Shown here: positions 42,886 through 53,241 of the stretch, in pieces
How the letters are laid out: each line of letters starts with the position of its first letter
How positions within the stretch are numbered: the stretch's first letter is position 1
Assembly (NCBI GenBank): GCA_048499175.1
Contig: JASOAK010000004.1
Span: 36,373 to 100,372 of the forward strand
Direction: 5' to 3'
DNA from: a bacterium
Lineage (GTDB): Bacteria; UBA10199; DSSB01
Length of the DNA stretch: 64,000 nucleotides
Program-made: the position numbers and the translations under genes
Notes under the pieces: model-generated
Told to the model about the DNA's origin: nothing
Database searches by the model: none
The model's input: the letters and a program-made list of their open reading frames with translations, nothing else

Positions 42886-43561
42886 ACCCATCGCCTTCTT
42901 CGACGTCGACAAGACGCTCTGCGACTGCTACACCGGCTTCCCCACCACGATCGAGCTGATGCGCCGCAAGATCGTCAAGAAGCGCCGCATCCTGCAGGCG
43001 ATCTTCTACAACGCGATCGGCCGCATCTACGTCAACGCCGACGTCCGCCGGATGTACGAGATCGCCATCGCCGACATGGCCGGCACCCACATCGACTACA
43101 TATTGCAGATCGGGAAGGAGGCCTTCGAAAAATCCGTCAAGCCCAAGATGTACGTCGAGGGCATCGAGGAGATCGAGCGCCTGAAGGGCGAGGGCTTCAC
43201 CGTCGCCCTGCTCTCCTCCGCGCCCTACATGCTGGTCAAGAACATGGAAATGTTCCTCAAGATCGAGCACTCCTTCAGCAACGGACCCGAGATCGTCGAC
43301 GGGATCCTGCAGAAAAAATTCCGCGAGCCGCTCTGCTACAAGGAGGGCAAGGTCCAGGTGGCGAGGCAGTTCGCGGAGTCGCAGGGCGTGCCCCTCGAGG
43401 ACTGCCGCTTCTATTCCGATTCGGTCTCCGACCTCCCGCTGCTCTCCCTGGTCGGCCACCCCCGCGTCGTCAATCCCGACGCCAAGCTGCAAAAGGAAGC
43501 CGAGCGCCGCCGCTGGCCGATCCTGCGTTTCCAGCGCACGCTGGGACGCGCCGCGTTATAG
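42875..43561 (+). CDS. HAD-IB family hydrolase
   Basis: Motif I FFDVDKTL. The start overlaps the hpnE stop. Confidence 0.75.
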   Translation: MSAKPIAFFDVDKTLCDCYTGFPTTIELMRRKIVKKRRILQAIFYNAIGRIYVNADVRRMYEIAIADMAGTHIDYILQIGKEAFEKSVKPKMYVEGIEEIERLKGEGFTVALLSSAPYMLVKNMEMFLKIEHSFSNGPEIVDGILQKKFREPLCYKEGKVQVARQFAESQGVPLEDCRFYSDSVSDLPLLSLVGHPRVVNPDAKLQKEAERRRWPILRFQRTLGRAAL

Positions 43562-43595
43562 CCGACGATGGACTCCGCGCCGCGCATCGTCCATA

Positions 43596-44159
43596 ATGCC
43601 GCCCATGCCCCCTTATCGCGTGATCGCCCTGGGTGACTCCCTCACCTACGGTTACCCCTTCGGCAAGAACATGTCCTGGGTCGAGTACGCCTCGAAGGAG
43701 TTGAAGCTCCCGATCCTCAACCAGGGCGTGAACGGCAACACCTTTCGCGAGATGCTGCGGCGCCTGACCGTCGACGTGCTGGACTTGAAGCCCGAGCTCT
43801 GTATCGTGCTGGGCGGGGCCAACGACGTCTATCAGGGCGTGGACCCCAAGCTCATCCAATCGAACTTCGCGAAGATCACCGAGCTCCTCCTCGAGAACAA
43901 GATCCAACCGCTCGTCGGCCTGCCGCCGCCGATCGAGGACGAGGTCTTCGAGAAGGAGCTGGCCAAGTTCCGCCGCTGGCTCAAGGCCCACGCCAAGGAA
44001 CGCGCCCTTAAGACCATCGACTTCTACGCCCCCTTCATCGACGCGAAGAAAAAAAAGCCGATCGCCGCCTGCTACGAGGACGGCGTCCACCCCAGCTCGA
44101 AGGGCTACCAGGGGATGGCGAAGGCGGCGATCAAGGTGCTGCAGCAGGCCTTGGGTTAA
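43596..44159 (+). CDS. SGNH/GDSL hydrolase (arylesterase/lysophospholipase L1-like)
   Basis: GDSLTYG block I, GANDV block III, DGVHPS block V. Confidence 0.75.
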   Translation: MPPMPPYRVIALGDSLTYGYPFGKNMSWVEYASKELKLPILNQGVNGNTFREMLRRLTVDVLDLKPELCIVLGGANDVYQGVDPKLIQSNFAKITELLLENKIQPLVGLPPPIEDEVFEKELAKFRRWLKAHAKERALKTIDFYAPFIDAKKKKPIAACYEDGVHPSSKGYQGMAKAAIKVLQQALG

Positions 44160-44263
44160 GCCGCGGGGCCCGCCGGCCACCCGCTCCGCTCCGAGCCAAG
44201 AATTTAGCAACCAAATAATATTGAAATGCGCCGCGACTCTGCTACTCCTGGGGCCTAACTGAT

Positions 44264-45178
44264 ATGGCCCGCAAAAAATCCAAAAGGTCCTCGAAGAAAT
44301 CCCCCCAATTCTGGCAGTGGGTGATCGTCGCCGGCGCGGCCTTCCTGCTGTATCAGGGGCTGCAACATTATCTGAACCCGGAAAAAAAGATCCCCGATAA
44401 GAAGGCCGCCGCAGTGAAGGCGAAGGTCGAAAAGGAAAAACCGGCGCCGTCCAAGCCCGCGGCCGCCGCGCCCACGCCGGCCCCGACGCCGGCGGCAAGC
44501 CCCGCGCCCACCGGCGGGCCGGTGCCGAAGTGGAGCTTCGAGAACGCCGCCCGCTTCCTCCCCGCCGACGCCTATCCCGACAACTACACCGCGGTCCCGC
44601 TGGGCGACGCGCCCTCGGGGCTTTTGGCTTACGCCAAGGAGATCCCCGGGAAAAAAGCCGGACCACAGGGCCTGACCAACACCCAACCCGGCCTGCGCGC
44701 CCTGCATTGGGACGGCAAGAAGTACCAAAGCCAAGACCTCGACTTCGAGGCGCTCAAGCTCGCGCTGGGCGGCCTTAGGCCGGTGGGACCGCCCCAGCTC
44801 GAGCGCAAGGCCTGGATCGCGAACGGGGCCTCCGTCTTCGGCGCCAAGCTCTTCCTCACCGACGAGACCCGCTTCGTCTCGGGCTTCGTCTTGGTCGACG
44901 CCGCCGGCCCGCGCTGGGCGCCGCTGCAGGGCGAGGACGGAAAGACGGGCCTCGCCGCCTTCCTGCAGGGCACCACCGCCGCGACCACGCGCAAGATCAG
45001 CAAGCGCGACATCGGCGGCAAGCCGATGGTCGTGGTGGAGAAGGGTTCGCTGGACTTAAGCCGGCCGGAAGCGGGATACCAATGGAGGGTCGAGGCCTAT
45101 GCCTGGAATGGGAAGGCCTTTGTCTTCGACAAGGCGGTCTCGGCCAAGCTGACGAAGGATAAGAAATCCGAAATGTAG
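44264..45178 (+). CDS. Membrane-anchored hypothetical protein with Pro/Ala-rich linker
   Basis: Basic N-terminus, one TM helix (WQWVIVAGAAFLLY), PAPTPA linker, C-terminal globular domain. Confidence 0.5.
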   Translation: MARKKSKRSSKKSPQFWQWVIVAGAAFLLYQGLQHYLNPEKKIPDKKAAAVKAKVEKEKPAPSKPAAAAPTPAPTPAASPAPTGGPVPKWSFENAARFLPADAYPDNYTAVPLGDAPSGLLAYAKEIPGKKAGPQGLTNTQPGLRALHWDGKKYQSQDLDFEALKLALGGLRPVGPPQLERKAWIANGASVFGAKLFLTDETRFVSGFVLVDAAGPRWAPLQGEDGKTGLAAFLQGTTAATTRKISKRDIGGKPMVVVEKGSLDLSRPEAGYQWRVEAYAWNGKAFVFDKAVSAKLTKDKKSEM

Positions 45179-45258
45179 GGGGAAACCAAGTATCAAAGTA
45201 TTTTAGTGTCGGAGTTCTTAGAATAAGCCGCCGTAAAGATCTCCGATCCTGCCTAAAG

Positions 45259-45298
45259 AAACTTAAACACTTAGAAACTTAGACACTTAGGCACTTCC
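45259..45298. repeat. Five tandem copies of an 8-bp unit (A/C)ACTTAGA immediately upstream of the ABC ATPase gene
   Basis: AACTTAAA CACTTAGA AACTTAGA CACTTAGG CACTTCCC. Confidence 0.7.
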
Positions 45299-45305
45299 CC
45301 CAACT

Positions 45306-46262
45306 ATGCCGACCGCGATTCAAATCACCGACCTCCACAAACGCTACGGCGCCACCGCCGCGCTGCGAGGCGTCGACCTCGAGGTCCCCGCGGGCCAGTT
45401 CTTCGGCCTGCTGGGCCCCAACGGCGCGGGGAAAACCACGCTGATCAGCGCCATCGTCGGCCTGGTGCGGCCCAGCCAAGGCGAGGTGCGCGTCTTCGGC
45501 CACTCGGTGACCCAGGAACCGCGCGCGGCCAAGCGCTTCATCGGCTTCTCGCCTCAAGAGATCAACACCGACCGTTTTTTCAACCTGCGGCGCACCCTCG
45601 AATTCCAGGGCGGCTTCCACGGCCTGTCCCGCCGCGAGGCCAGGCGCCTGGCCGAGGAGCTGCTCGAGCAATTCGGCCTGACGGACAAGGCGAAGCTGCA
45701 GTTCTACAAGCTGAGCGGCGGGATGCAGAAGCGCCTGATGATCGCGCGCGCGCTGATGAGCCGGCCCAAGCTCCTGATGCTCGACGAGCCCACCGCGGGC
45801 GTCGACGTCGAGCAGCGCCACGAGCTGTGGAAGTACCTCCGCGACCTCAACAAGAACGGCACGACCATCCTGCTCACCACCCATTACATCGACGAGGCCG
45901 AGGCCCTCTGCGAACGCATCGGGATCATCGACCACGGCCGCATCATCGAGCTCGGCACGCCCAAGGACCTGATCGAAAAATACTGCGACTCCGAGGTCGA
46001 GATCGCCGTGGAGGGCGAGATGGCGCCCGGCGAGTTCGCCGACCTTCCCGGGACCTCGGTCGCGGGAAACAGGGTGCGCAGCCAAGCCAAGCGGATCGGC
46101 GTCGCCGCCGAGGCCCTGCTCGCGCGCATCCTCGCCAAGCCGGGGCGTCGGGTAGCGGACATCAACGTCAAGAAGGGCGACCTCGAGGAGGTCTTCCTGC
46201 GGCTCACCGGCAAGACCCTGCGCGAATCCGAGGACGCGAAGAACGGAGGCGCCGCCGCATGA
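45306..46262 (+). CDS. ABC transporter ATP-binding protein (ABC-2 exporter type)
   Basis: Walker A GPNGAGKTT, signature LSGGMQKRL, Walker B LMLDEPT. Confidence 0.85.
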   Translation: MPTAIQITDLHKRYGATAALRGVDLEVPAGQFFGLLGPNGAGKTTLISAIVGLVRPSQGEVRVFGHSVTQEPRAAKRFIGFSPQEINTDRFFNLRRTLEFQGGFHGLSRREARRLAEELLEQFGLTDKAKLQFYKLSGGMQKRLMIARALMSRPKLLMLDEPTAGVDVEQRHELWKYLRDLNKNGTTILLTTHYIDEAEALCERIGIIDHGRIIELGTPKDLIEKYCDSEVEIAVEGEMAPGEFADLPGTSVAGNRVRSQAKRIGVAAEALLARILAKPGRRVADINVKKGDLEEVFLRLTGKTLRESEDAKNGGAAA

Positions 46263-47023
46263 GGAGCCGCATCGCCTTCGCCACCCTGATCCTGCGCGAG
46301 TGCTATCGCTTCGCGCGCCTCTCCGGCCAGACCATCGCGCCGCCCATCGTCTCGACCCTGCTGTTCATCCTGATCTTCGGCTACTCGCTGGGCTCGCGGA
46401 TCAAGCAGATCGGCGGCTTCGACTACGTGCTCTTCATCCTGCCCGGCCTGGCGGCGATGGGCGTGGTCAACAACGCCTACGCCAACAGCTCGACCAGCCT
46501 CTTCATGGCGCGGATGGACCGCTCCATCGAGAACATGGTCGTCTGCCCCCTCTCGCCCCTCCAGCTGGTCAGCGCCTTCGTGATCGGCGGCCTGATGCGG
46601 GGCCTCGTCGTCGGCCTGCTCACCCTCGCGGTCGGCATCCCCACGGTGGGCCTCGAGGTGCACCACTGGCCGCACACGGTCTTGGTGATCGCCCTCAGTT
46701 CGGTCCTCTTTTCCAGTTTGGGGATCCTGTCGGCGCTCTGGGCCGAAGGCTGGGACCAGATCGCGACCTTCACCACCTTCTTCATCACGCCCTTCATCTA
46801 CCTGGGCGGGGTCTTCTACTCGATCCACATGCTGCCGGCCTTTTGGCAGAAGGCGAGCCTCTTCAACCCCATCTTCTACCTGGTCGACGCCACCCGCTGG
46901 GCGGTCCTGGGGCATTCCGATATACCCTATTGGTACTCCCTGGCCTTCCTCGCCGGGACCGCCCTGTCGAGCTACGGGCTCTGCGTTTATCTCTTTAAAA
47001 AGGGATACAAACTGGTACGTTAG
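46259..47023 (+). CDS. ABC-2 family transporter permease
   Basis: Six TM helices. ATG overlaps the upstream stop (ATGA). Confidence 0.8.
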   Translation: MRSRIAFATLILRECYRFARLSGQTIAPPIVSTLLFILIFGYSLGSRIKQIGGFDYVLFILPGLAAMGVVNNAYANSSTSLFMARMDRSIENMVVCPLSPLQLVSAFVIGGLMRGLVVGLLTLAVGIPTVGLEVHHWPHTVLVIALSSVLFSSLGILSALWAEGWDQIATFTTFFITPFIYLGGVFYSIHMLPAFWQKASLFNPIFYLVDATRWAVLGHSDIPYWYSLAFLAGTALSSYGLCVYLFKKGYKLVR

Positions 47024-47083
47024 GAACGGGGGCAACCCGAAAGCGCTGTATTTCCGATAAGGAAAATAAGGTAAGCTGCCCGT

Positions 47084-47785
47084 ATGACGGTCAAGGTCGA
47101 GACCAACTTAAGCAAATTGCCCACCTGGCTGAAGACCAGCAGCGCCCCCGCGGCGCCCCAAAGCCAGGCCGAAGGCGCCCAGCGCAAGACCCTGGGCGAG
47201 ACGCCGCCCATCGTCGCGCGCCTGGTCGACCACCCCGACCTAAGCCCGCTCTTCGCCCACTACGGCGCCATCCAAAAGGCGCGGCGCAAGCTACGGCTGC
47301 TCAGCGGTAAGGACGGCAAGGTGATACTGGCTAAGAACACGGTCGGCGCGGCCGACAACAAGGGCAACGTCTACTTGGGGGTGGAGTTTTTACAGGAGCA
47401 CGGCGGCAACGACGCCCTGCTCAGCGCGGTGATGGCCCACGAGTGGGGCCACCTGATCAGCAACACCTCGAAGCACGGCAACCTCGACCACTTGAGCTGG
47501 GACGAGATCTTCAAGCTGCGCCGCGACGAGGAGGCCGCCGCCGACGTCTTCTGCGGCCGCATGCTGGCGATGATGGGCTACTCGCCGGACGCGATCATCC
47601 AGTTTTTGCTGCGCGCCGAGAAGGGCAACGACACGCTGAAATACTACGCGGCCCCGATCCGCGGCGCGATCATCCAAGAGGCCCACCGCCTGCACGCCCA
47701 ACGCGACGAGCTGACGCGGCGGCTGTTCAACAAGAGCATTTATCCGAATCCTTATACTTCGCGGATCATCTTGGCGGATGAGTGA
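47084..47785 (+). CDS. Putative HExxH zinc-metallopeptidase-like protein
   Basis: VMAHEWGHLIS motif. Confidence 0.45.
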   Translation: MTVKVETNLSKLPTWLKTSSAPAAPQSQAEGAQRKTLGETPPIVARLVDHPDLSPLFAHYGAIQKARRKLRLLSGKDGKVILAKNTVGAADNKGNVYLGVEFLQEHGGNDALLSAVMAHEWGHLISNTSKHGNLDHLSWDEIFKLRRDEEAAADVFCGRMLAMMGYSPDAIIQFLLRAEKGNDTLKYYAAPIRGAIIQEAHRLHAQRDELTRRLFNKSIYPNPYTSRIILADE

Positions 47786-47793
47786 GGAGGAGT

Positions 47794-48066
47794 CTATATC
47801 CCTCGATAGACATCCTTCCGATGGCCTATTTTAATGACAACCACCGTCAATACCTGATTTCGTACTTCGTAAACGACCCGATACTCGCCGACACGGATAC
47901 GAAAAAGGCCTTCGGCCCCCTTCAATTTTTTTATCTGTAAGAATTCCGAATAAGGATTTTGGGCAAGCAAATTTAAGGCCTCGACGACCTTGTCTTGGGT
48001 CTTGGCCGGAAGCGCTTCAAACTCCTTGCGAGCGCTTTTCACGAATTCGATGCGATAAGCGGCCAT
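47794..48066 (-). CDS. RelE/ParE-family type II toxin
   Basis: YRIEFVKSARKEF...FRIRVGEYRVVYEV...IGHRKDVY. Confidence 0.8.
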   Translation of the reverse strand: MAAYRIEFVKSARKEFEALPAKTQDKVVEALNLLAQNPYSEFLQIKKLKGAEGLFRIRVGEYRVVYEVRNQVLTVVVIKIGHRKDVYRGI

Positions 48067-48071
48067 CGTGG

Positions 48072-48296
48072 TTATTTCTTTTTTCGTCCCTTGAGAATTT
48101 CCTCCAGCGAGAAGGTTTCCTCGTCCCGTCTTTGCCGAAAGGACTCCAGGTCGATGGCATCTTCAATTTGCTCGAGCAGGGCTTGTTCGACAAGGTAGCG
48201 AAGCTTGATACCCCGCCTTTTGCAAAGCTCGGTGGCGGCTTCTTTCACGCGGGCATCGATGACTGTGGATAAGGTGGTTGTTTCACTCATTTTCAA
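48072..48296 (-). CDS. Type II antitoxin (RHH-type), partner of RelE/ParE
   Basis: 74 aa, 5 bp upstream of the toxin. Confidence 0.6.
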   Translation of the reverse strand: MKMSETTTLSTVIDARVKEAATELCKRRGIKLRYLVEQALLEQIEDAIDLESFRQRRDEETFSLEEILKGRKKK

Positions 48297-48459
48297 AAAA
48301 ATAATTTATTAATCATGAAAAAACAAGATTAAGAATGAAATTGAATTATTATTTCTCTTTGACAAATAATTATGTAATTCCAAGCACTTGTATATTTGCC
48401 GCTTGAAAAATCGAGAACACTTGCTTCTTTCCAAAACCCCTGGTAGGCAGGCGGCCCCT

Positions 48460-49413
48460 ATGAAATTAAAGAAATTTTTGCCTCTTCTCCTCGCCGCGGC
48501 CTTAAGCCTCGGCGCCTCCGCCTGCGGGTTCAAAAAAGTCGCCACCAAGGCCAGCGCGCAGATCTTCTACGACGCCACCCCCGCCATCGACCGCGAGGAC
48601 GACGTCGAATTGGCCGAGCAGTCCAGCCTGGGCTTCCTCAAGATGCTCGAGGGCTTCTACCTGCAAAACCCCAAGGACAAGCAGGTCCTGCTCCTCCTGA
48701 CCAAGGCCTACTCCGCCTACGCCTTCGGCTTCACCGAAAACGAGATCCTGGCCAACAAGGGCGGCAACCAGGCCGACTACGACCGGGCCATGGCCCGCGC
48801 CAAGCGCTTCTATACCCGCGCCCGCGACTACGGCATCCAATTGCTCTCGCTCAAGCCCGCCTTCGCCAAGGCCCAGGAAGGCACGCTCGAGGAATTTCAA
48901 AAGTCCCTTAAGAAATTCGGCCCCGGCGACCTCGAAGAGCTGTTCTGGGCCGGCTTCGCCTGGGGCAACTACCTGAATTTCAACAAGGACTCCACCGACG
49001 CCATCGCCGAGCTGCCGCGCATCGAGGCCATCTTCAACCGCATCGTCGAGCTCGACGAGACCTACTACTTTGGTGGACCGCATCTCTTCTTCGGCGCGTT
49101 CTACGGAAGCCGCCCCAAGATGCTGGGCGGGGACCCGGAGAAATCCAAGATGCACTTCGACAAGGCGATCGAGATCACCCAGGGCAAGGCCCTGATGGGC
49201 CCCGTCAACAAGGCCCTCTACTACGCCGTGCAGGTCCAAGATGCCGCGCTCTACACCAGCCTCCTGGGCGAGGTGATCACGGCCGACGCGGCCGCGCTGC
49301 CCGAGCAGCGCCTCTCCAACGAGCTCGCCAAGCGGCGCGCCAAGATCTTGCTCGACAAAAAATCTTTGTTTTTTACCCAGGCCAATTCCGGCAAATCCAA
49401 AAGGAAAAAATAA
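48460..49413 (+). CDS. TRAP transporter TatT component (TPR-like lipoprotein)
   Basis: Lipobox LSLGASAC. Helical TPR-like protein directly upstream of dctPQM. Confidence 0.65.
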   Translation: MKLKKFLPLLLAAALSLGASACGFKKVATKASAQIFYDATPAIDREDDVELAEQSSLGFLKMLEGFYLQNPKDKQVLLLLTKAYSAYAFGFTENEILANKGGNQADYDRAMARAKRFYTRARDYGIQLLSLKPAFAKAQEGTLEEFQKSLKKFGPGDLEELFWAGFAWGNYLNFNKDSTDAIAELPRIEAIFNRIVELDETYYFGGPHLFFGAFYGSRPKMLGGDPEKSKMHFDKAIEITQGKALMGPVNKALYYAVQVQDAALYTSLLGEVITADAAALPEQRLSNELAKRRAKILLDKKSLFFTQANSGKSKRKK

Positions 49414-49455
49414 ACGACGGGTCCTACCCGCGGATTCCCATACGAGGAGGAAATA

Positions 49456-50457
49456 ATGCGTCCGTATTTACGTTCCCTTGCCCTTGCCTGCTTCGGCGCG
49501 GCGACGATCGCCGCGAGCGCCCAGGCCGCCGACCACGAAATCAAGCTCTCCGTCCTGGCCCCCGAAGGCTCCACCTGGGTCAAGGAGATGGAGGCCATGA
49601 ACCAAGAATTGCAGGCCAAAAGCGGCGGCAAGCTCGCTCTCAAGATCTATGCCGGCGGCGTCAGCGGCGACGAGCGGGACGTGCTGCGCAAGATGCGCAT
49701 CGGCCAGGTGCACGCGGCGGCCTTCACCGGCGTCGGCCTGGGCCAGATCGTCCCCTCGGTGCGCATCCTCGAGCTGCCCATGCTGTTCCGCAACTACCAA
49801 GAGGTCGACTACGTGAAGGGCAAGCTGCAGCCCGAGTTCGACAAGCAGTTCGACGCCAACGGCTTCATCCTGCTCGGCTGGGCCGAGGCGGGCTTCGTCA
49901 ACATCTTCAGCAACAAGCCCATCGCCAGTAAAGAAGACATGAAGGGCGTCAAGATGTGGGCCTGGGAAGGCGATCCCCTGGTCAAGGCCATGTACGAGAC
50001 CCTCGGCATCGTTCCGATCCCCCTGGCCCTCCCCGACGTCCTCACCTCGCTGCAGACCAACCTGATCGACGGCGTCTACGGCCCGCCCCTGGGCGTCATC
50101 GCCCTGCAGTGGTTCACCAAGGTCAAGTACATGACCGAGGCGAACCTGGCCAATTCCACCGGTGGGCTGCTGATCAGCAAGGCCCAGTTCGCCAAGCTGC
50201 CGCCCGACCTTCAGGCCCTGCTGAAAGAGACCGGGGCCAAGTACGGCGCCCAGTTGGTCCAAAAAATCCGCGCCGAAAACACCTCGGCCATCGCCACCTT
50301 GAAGAAGAACGGCATCCAGATGGTCGCCGTCGACCCCAAGGCCAAGGAAGAGATGATCCAGCTCTCCGAGGCGGTCTACCCCAAGCTGGCCGGCAACCTG
50401 TATCCCGCCGCCCTGCTCCAGCGGGTGAAGGGCTATATCGCCGAGGTCCGCAAATAG
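49456..50457 (+). CDS. dctP: TRAP transporter substrate-binding protein DctP family
   Basis: Signal peptide and DctP-family fold. Confidence 0.9.
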   Translation: MRPYLRSLALACFGAATIAASAQAADHEIKLSVLAPEGSTWVKEMEAMNQELQAKSGGKLALKIYAGGVSGDERDVLRKMRIGQVHAAAFTGVGLGQIVPSVRILELPMLFRNYQEVDYVKGKLQPEFDKQFDANGFILLGWAEAGFVNIFSNKPIASKEDMKGVKMWAWEGDPLVKAMYETLGIVPIPLALPDVLTSLQTNLIDGVYGPPLGVIALQWFTKVKYMTEANLANSTGGLLISKAQFAKLPPDLQALLKETGAKYGAQLVQKIRAENTSAIATLKKNGIQMVAVDPKAKEEMIQLSEAVYPKLAGNLYPAALLQRVKGYIAEVRK

Positions 50458-50576
50458 CCTTAAGGTCCTCATGCCTTCGTTTTGCAAAAAACCCGGCAAA
50501 TGCCGGGTTTTTTGTTGGAAAATGGTTGCAAGGGCTGTGGACAACGAGTAGGAGCCTCAGGCATTCCGGGACGTCT

Positions 50577-51080
50577 ATGAAGCCCCTCAAAACCCTAAGC
50601 GCGTGGTTGGAAAAATTCGAAGGCATCGTGCTCTCGCTCGCGCTGCTCTTCATGATCGGGCTCGGCTTCCTTCAAGTCATCCTGCGCAATTTCTGGGACA
50701 CCGGCATCGAGTGGGGCGACCCCATCGTCCGCGCGATGGTGATCTGGGTGGGCTTCCTCGGGGCCTCCATCGCGACGCACCAAAAGAGCCACATCCAGCT
50801 CGACCTGGTGTCGAAATTCCTCCCCGAAAAGGCCAAGAAGTTCGCCGGGATCATCGCCCATTTCGGCTCGGCGGCGGTCTGCCTGCTGCTGGCCGACGCG
50901 GCCTACAAGTTCATGGTGATGGAACGCGAAGCGCAGACGCTGCTGATCGACGGCGTCCCCAACTGGATCGTCATCGTGATCATCCCGGTCAGCTTCCTCG
51001 TCATGACCGCGCGCTTCTTCATCCACGGCTTGGACGACGTGGTGCGGCTCTTCAAGCCGGAAAACGGGGGCGCCGCATGA
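50577..51080 (+). CDS. dctQ: TRAP transporter small permease DctQ
   Basis: Four TM helices. Stop overlaps the dctM ATG. Confidence 0.8.
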   Translation: MKPLKTLSAWLEKFEGIVLSLALLFMIGLGFLQVILRNFWDTGIEWGDPIVRAMVIWVGFLGASIATHQKSHIQLDLVSKFLPEKAKKFAGIIAHFGSAAVCLLLADAAYKFMVMEREAQTLLIDGVPNWIVIVIIPVSFLVMTARFFIHGLDDVVRLFKPENGGAA

Positions 51081-52348
51081 GCCCGGCCTTCGCCATCGTC
51101 CTGGTCACCCTGGCCGGCGCCCCGCTCTTCGTGATCTTCGGGGCCATCGCCTTGGCCTGCTTTCATTCCGCGGGACTCGACTCGGCCGCGGTCGTCATCG
51201 AGATGAACCGCATGACCTCGGCGCCGGTCCTGGCCGCGATCCCGATGTTCACCTTCGCGGGCTACCTGATGGCCGAGAGCAAGACCCCCGAGCGCCTGGT
51301 CAAGCTCACCAAGGCCCTGTTCGGCTGGATGCCGGGCGGCCTCGCGCTGGTCACGCTGGCGGCCTGCGCCTTCTTCACCGCCTTCACCGGCGCCTCCGGC
51401 GTCACCATCATCGCCCTGGGCGGCCTGCTCTACCCGATCCTGATCAAAGAGGGCTACGACGAGAAGTACAGCCTGGGCCTGGTCACCACCTGCGGTTCCT
51501 TGGGTCTGCTGTTTCCGCCCTCGCTGCCGATCATCCTCTATGGCCTGGTCAGCGGCGTCAGCATCGACCAGCTCTTCATCGCCGGCATTCTGCCCGGGAC
51601 ATTGCTCATCCTGATCCTCGGCGCCCACGCGATCCGCGCCGGGGTCAAGTCGAAGGCGCCGCGCACCTCCTTCAACTTCCGCGAGCTGCTCTCGGCCTTC
51701 AAGGGCGCCTTCTGGGAGCTGCCGCTGCCGGTCATCATTTTAGTGGGCATCTACGGCGGCTACGTCACCGCCGGCGAGGCGGCGGCGGTCACGGCCTTCT
51801 ACATCTTCGTCGTCGAGGTCTTCATCTATCGCGACCTCTCGCTGACCCGCGACATCCCGCGCATCGCCAAGGAGAGCATGGTCCTGGTGGGCTCGATCCT
51901 CGTCATCCTCGCCGTCGCGATGGGCTTCACCAGCTACCTGATCGACGAGCAGGTCCCGAACAAGATCTTCCAGTTCATCCAGGGTTACGTGAGCAGCAAG
52001 TGGATGTTCCTGATCGCGCTGAACATCTTTCTTTTGATCGTCGGCTGCCTGATGGACATCTTCTCGGCGATCATCGTCGTCGTCCCGCTGATCCTGCCGA
52101 TCGCCAAGCAGTTCAATGTCGACCCGCTGCACCTGGCGATCATCTTCCTGACCAACCTCGAGATCGGCTACCTGACGCCGCCCGTCGGCATCAACCTCTT
52201 CATCTCGAGCATCCGCTTCAAGAAGAACGTCACCTACCTCTATAAAATCGCGCTGCCCTTCCTGGCGCTGCTGATCGCGGCCCTCCTGGTCATCACGTAC
52301 TGGCCCGATCTGAGCTTGTACCTCGTCCGCGTTTTCGGAGTAAGATAG
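51077..52348 (+). CDS. dctM: TRAP transporter large permease DctM
   Basis: About 12 TM helices, DctM family. Confidence 0.9.
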   Translation: MSPAFAIVLVTLAGAPLFVIFGAIALACFHSAGLDSAAVVIEMNRMTSAPVLAAIPMFTFAGYLMAESKTPERLVKLTKALFGWMPGGLALVTLAACAFFTAFTGASGVTIIALGGLLYPILIKEGYDEKYSLGLVTTCGSLGLLFPPSLPIILYGLVSGVSIDQLFIAGILPGTLLILILGAHAIRAGVKSKAPRTSFNFRELLSAFKGAFWELPLPVIILVGIYGGYVTAGEAAAVTAFYIFVVEVFIYRDLSLTRDIPRIAKESMVLVGSILVILAVAMGFTSYLIDEQVPNKIFQFIQGYVSSKWMFLIALNIFLLIVGCLMDIFSAIIVVVPLILPIAKQFNVDPLHLAIIFLTNLEIGYLTPPVGINLFISSIRFKKNVTYLYKIALPFLALLIAALLVITYWPDLSLYLVRVFGVR

Positions 52349-52353
52349 GCCCC

Positions 52354-53241
52354 ATGCTCAAAGACGACCTGATCGAGCGTTCGCGGGAAGTGAAACGGGT
52401 GCTCTGGATCACCCTCTTGCTCAACCTGATGGTCTGCGGACTGAAGCTCGGCTACGGCTACGCGACGCACACCCTGAGCATGGTCGCCGACGGCTACCAC
52501 TCGTTGCTCGATTCCACCTCCAACGTCGTCGGCTTGGTCGCCCTGGTCTTCGCCTCGCGGCCGGCCGACTCCGGGCACCCCTACGGCCACCGCAAGGTCG
52601 AGGCCCTGGGCGCCATGTTCATCTCGGCCATGCTGTTCTGGGCCTGCTACGAGATCGCCTCCAGCGCCTGGGCGCGGATTCACGACCGCCAAAACCCCGA
52701 GGTCACGGTCTACAGCTTCCTGATCATGATCGGAACGATGGCGGTCAATGCCTGGGTGAGCAAATACGAGCACCGCCGCGGGCACGAGCTGCACAGCCAG
52801 ATCCTCACCGCGGACTCCGCGCATACCCAGAGCGACGTCCTCGCCTCCCTTTCCGTCATCGCGGCCTTGATCGGCGTCAAATTCAAGATTCCCTGGGTGG
52901 ACCTCGGCGCGGCGGGCCTGATCGCGGTTTTCGTCGGCTACAGCGGCTACAAGATCGTCTTGGAGAGCCTCAACACCCTGATGGACTCGGCGCAGCTCGA
53001 CCCGCGGGAGGTTGTGAAGATCGCCATGCAGGTCGAGGGCATCGACAAGTGCCACAGCATCCGCACCCGCGGCAACCCGGCGGCGATCTACATGGACCTC
53101 AACATCCACGTGGCGCCGCAGCTTACCACCCAGGAGGCCCATCGCCTCACCCATCGGGTGATCGCCAAGATCAAGGAAGAGATTCCGGAAGTGGTCGACG
53201 TGGTGGTGCACACCGAGCCGTCGAGCCCGCATGAGGATTAG
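52354..53241 (+). CDS. Cation diffusion facilitator family transporter (CzcD/YiiP-like)
   Basis: HSLLDSTSN (TM2 metal site) and HTQSDVLASL (TM5), plus a C-terminal cytoplasmic domain. Confidence 0.85.
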   Translation: MLKDDLIERSREVKRVLWITLLLNLMVCGLKLGYGYATHTLSMVADGYHSLLDSTSNVVGLVALVFASRPADSGHPYGHRKVEALGAMFISAMLFWACYEIASSAWARIHDRQNPEVTVYSFLIMIGTMAVNAWVSKYEHRRGHELHSQILTADSAHTQSDVLASLSVIAALIGVKFKIPWVDLGAAGLIAVFVGYSGYKIVLESLNTLMDSAQLDPREVVKIAMQVEGIDKCHSIRTRGNPAAIYMDLNIHVAPQLTTQEAHRLTHRVIAKIKEEIPEVVDVVVHTEPSSPHED

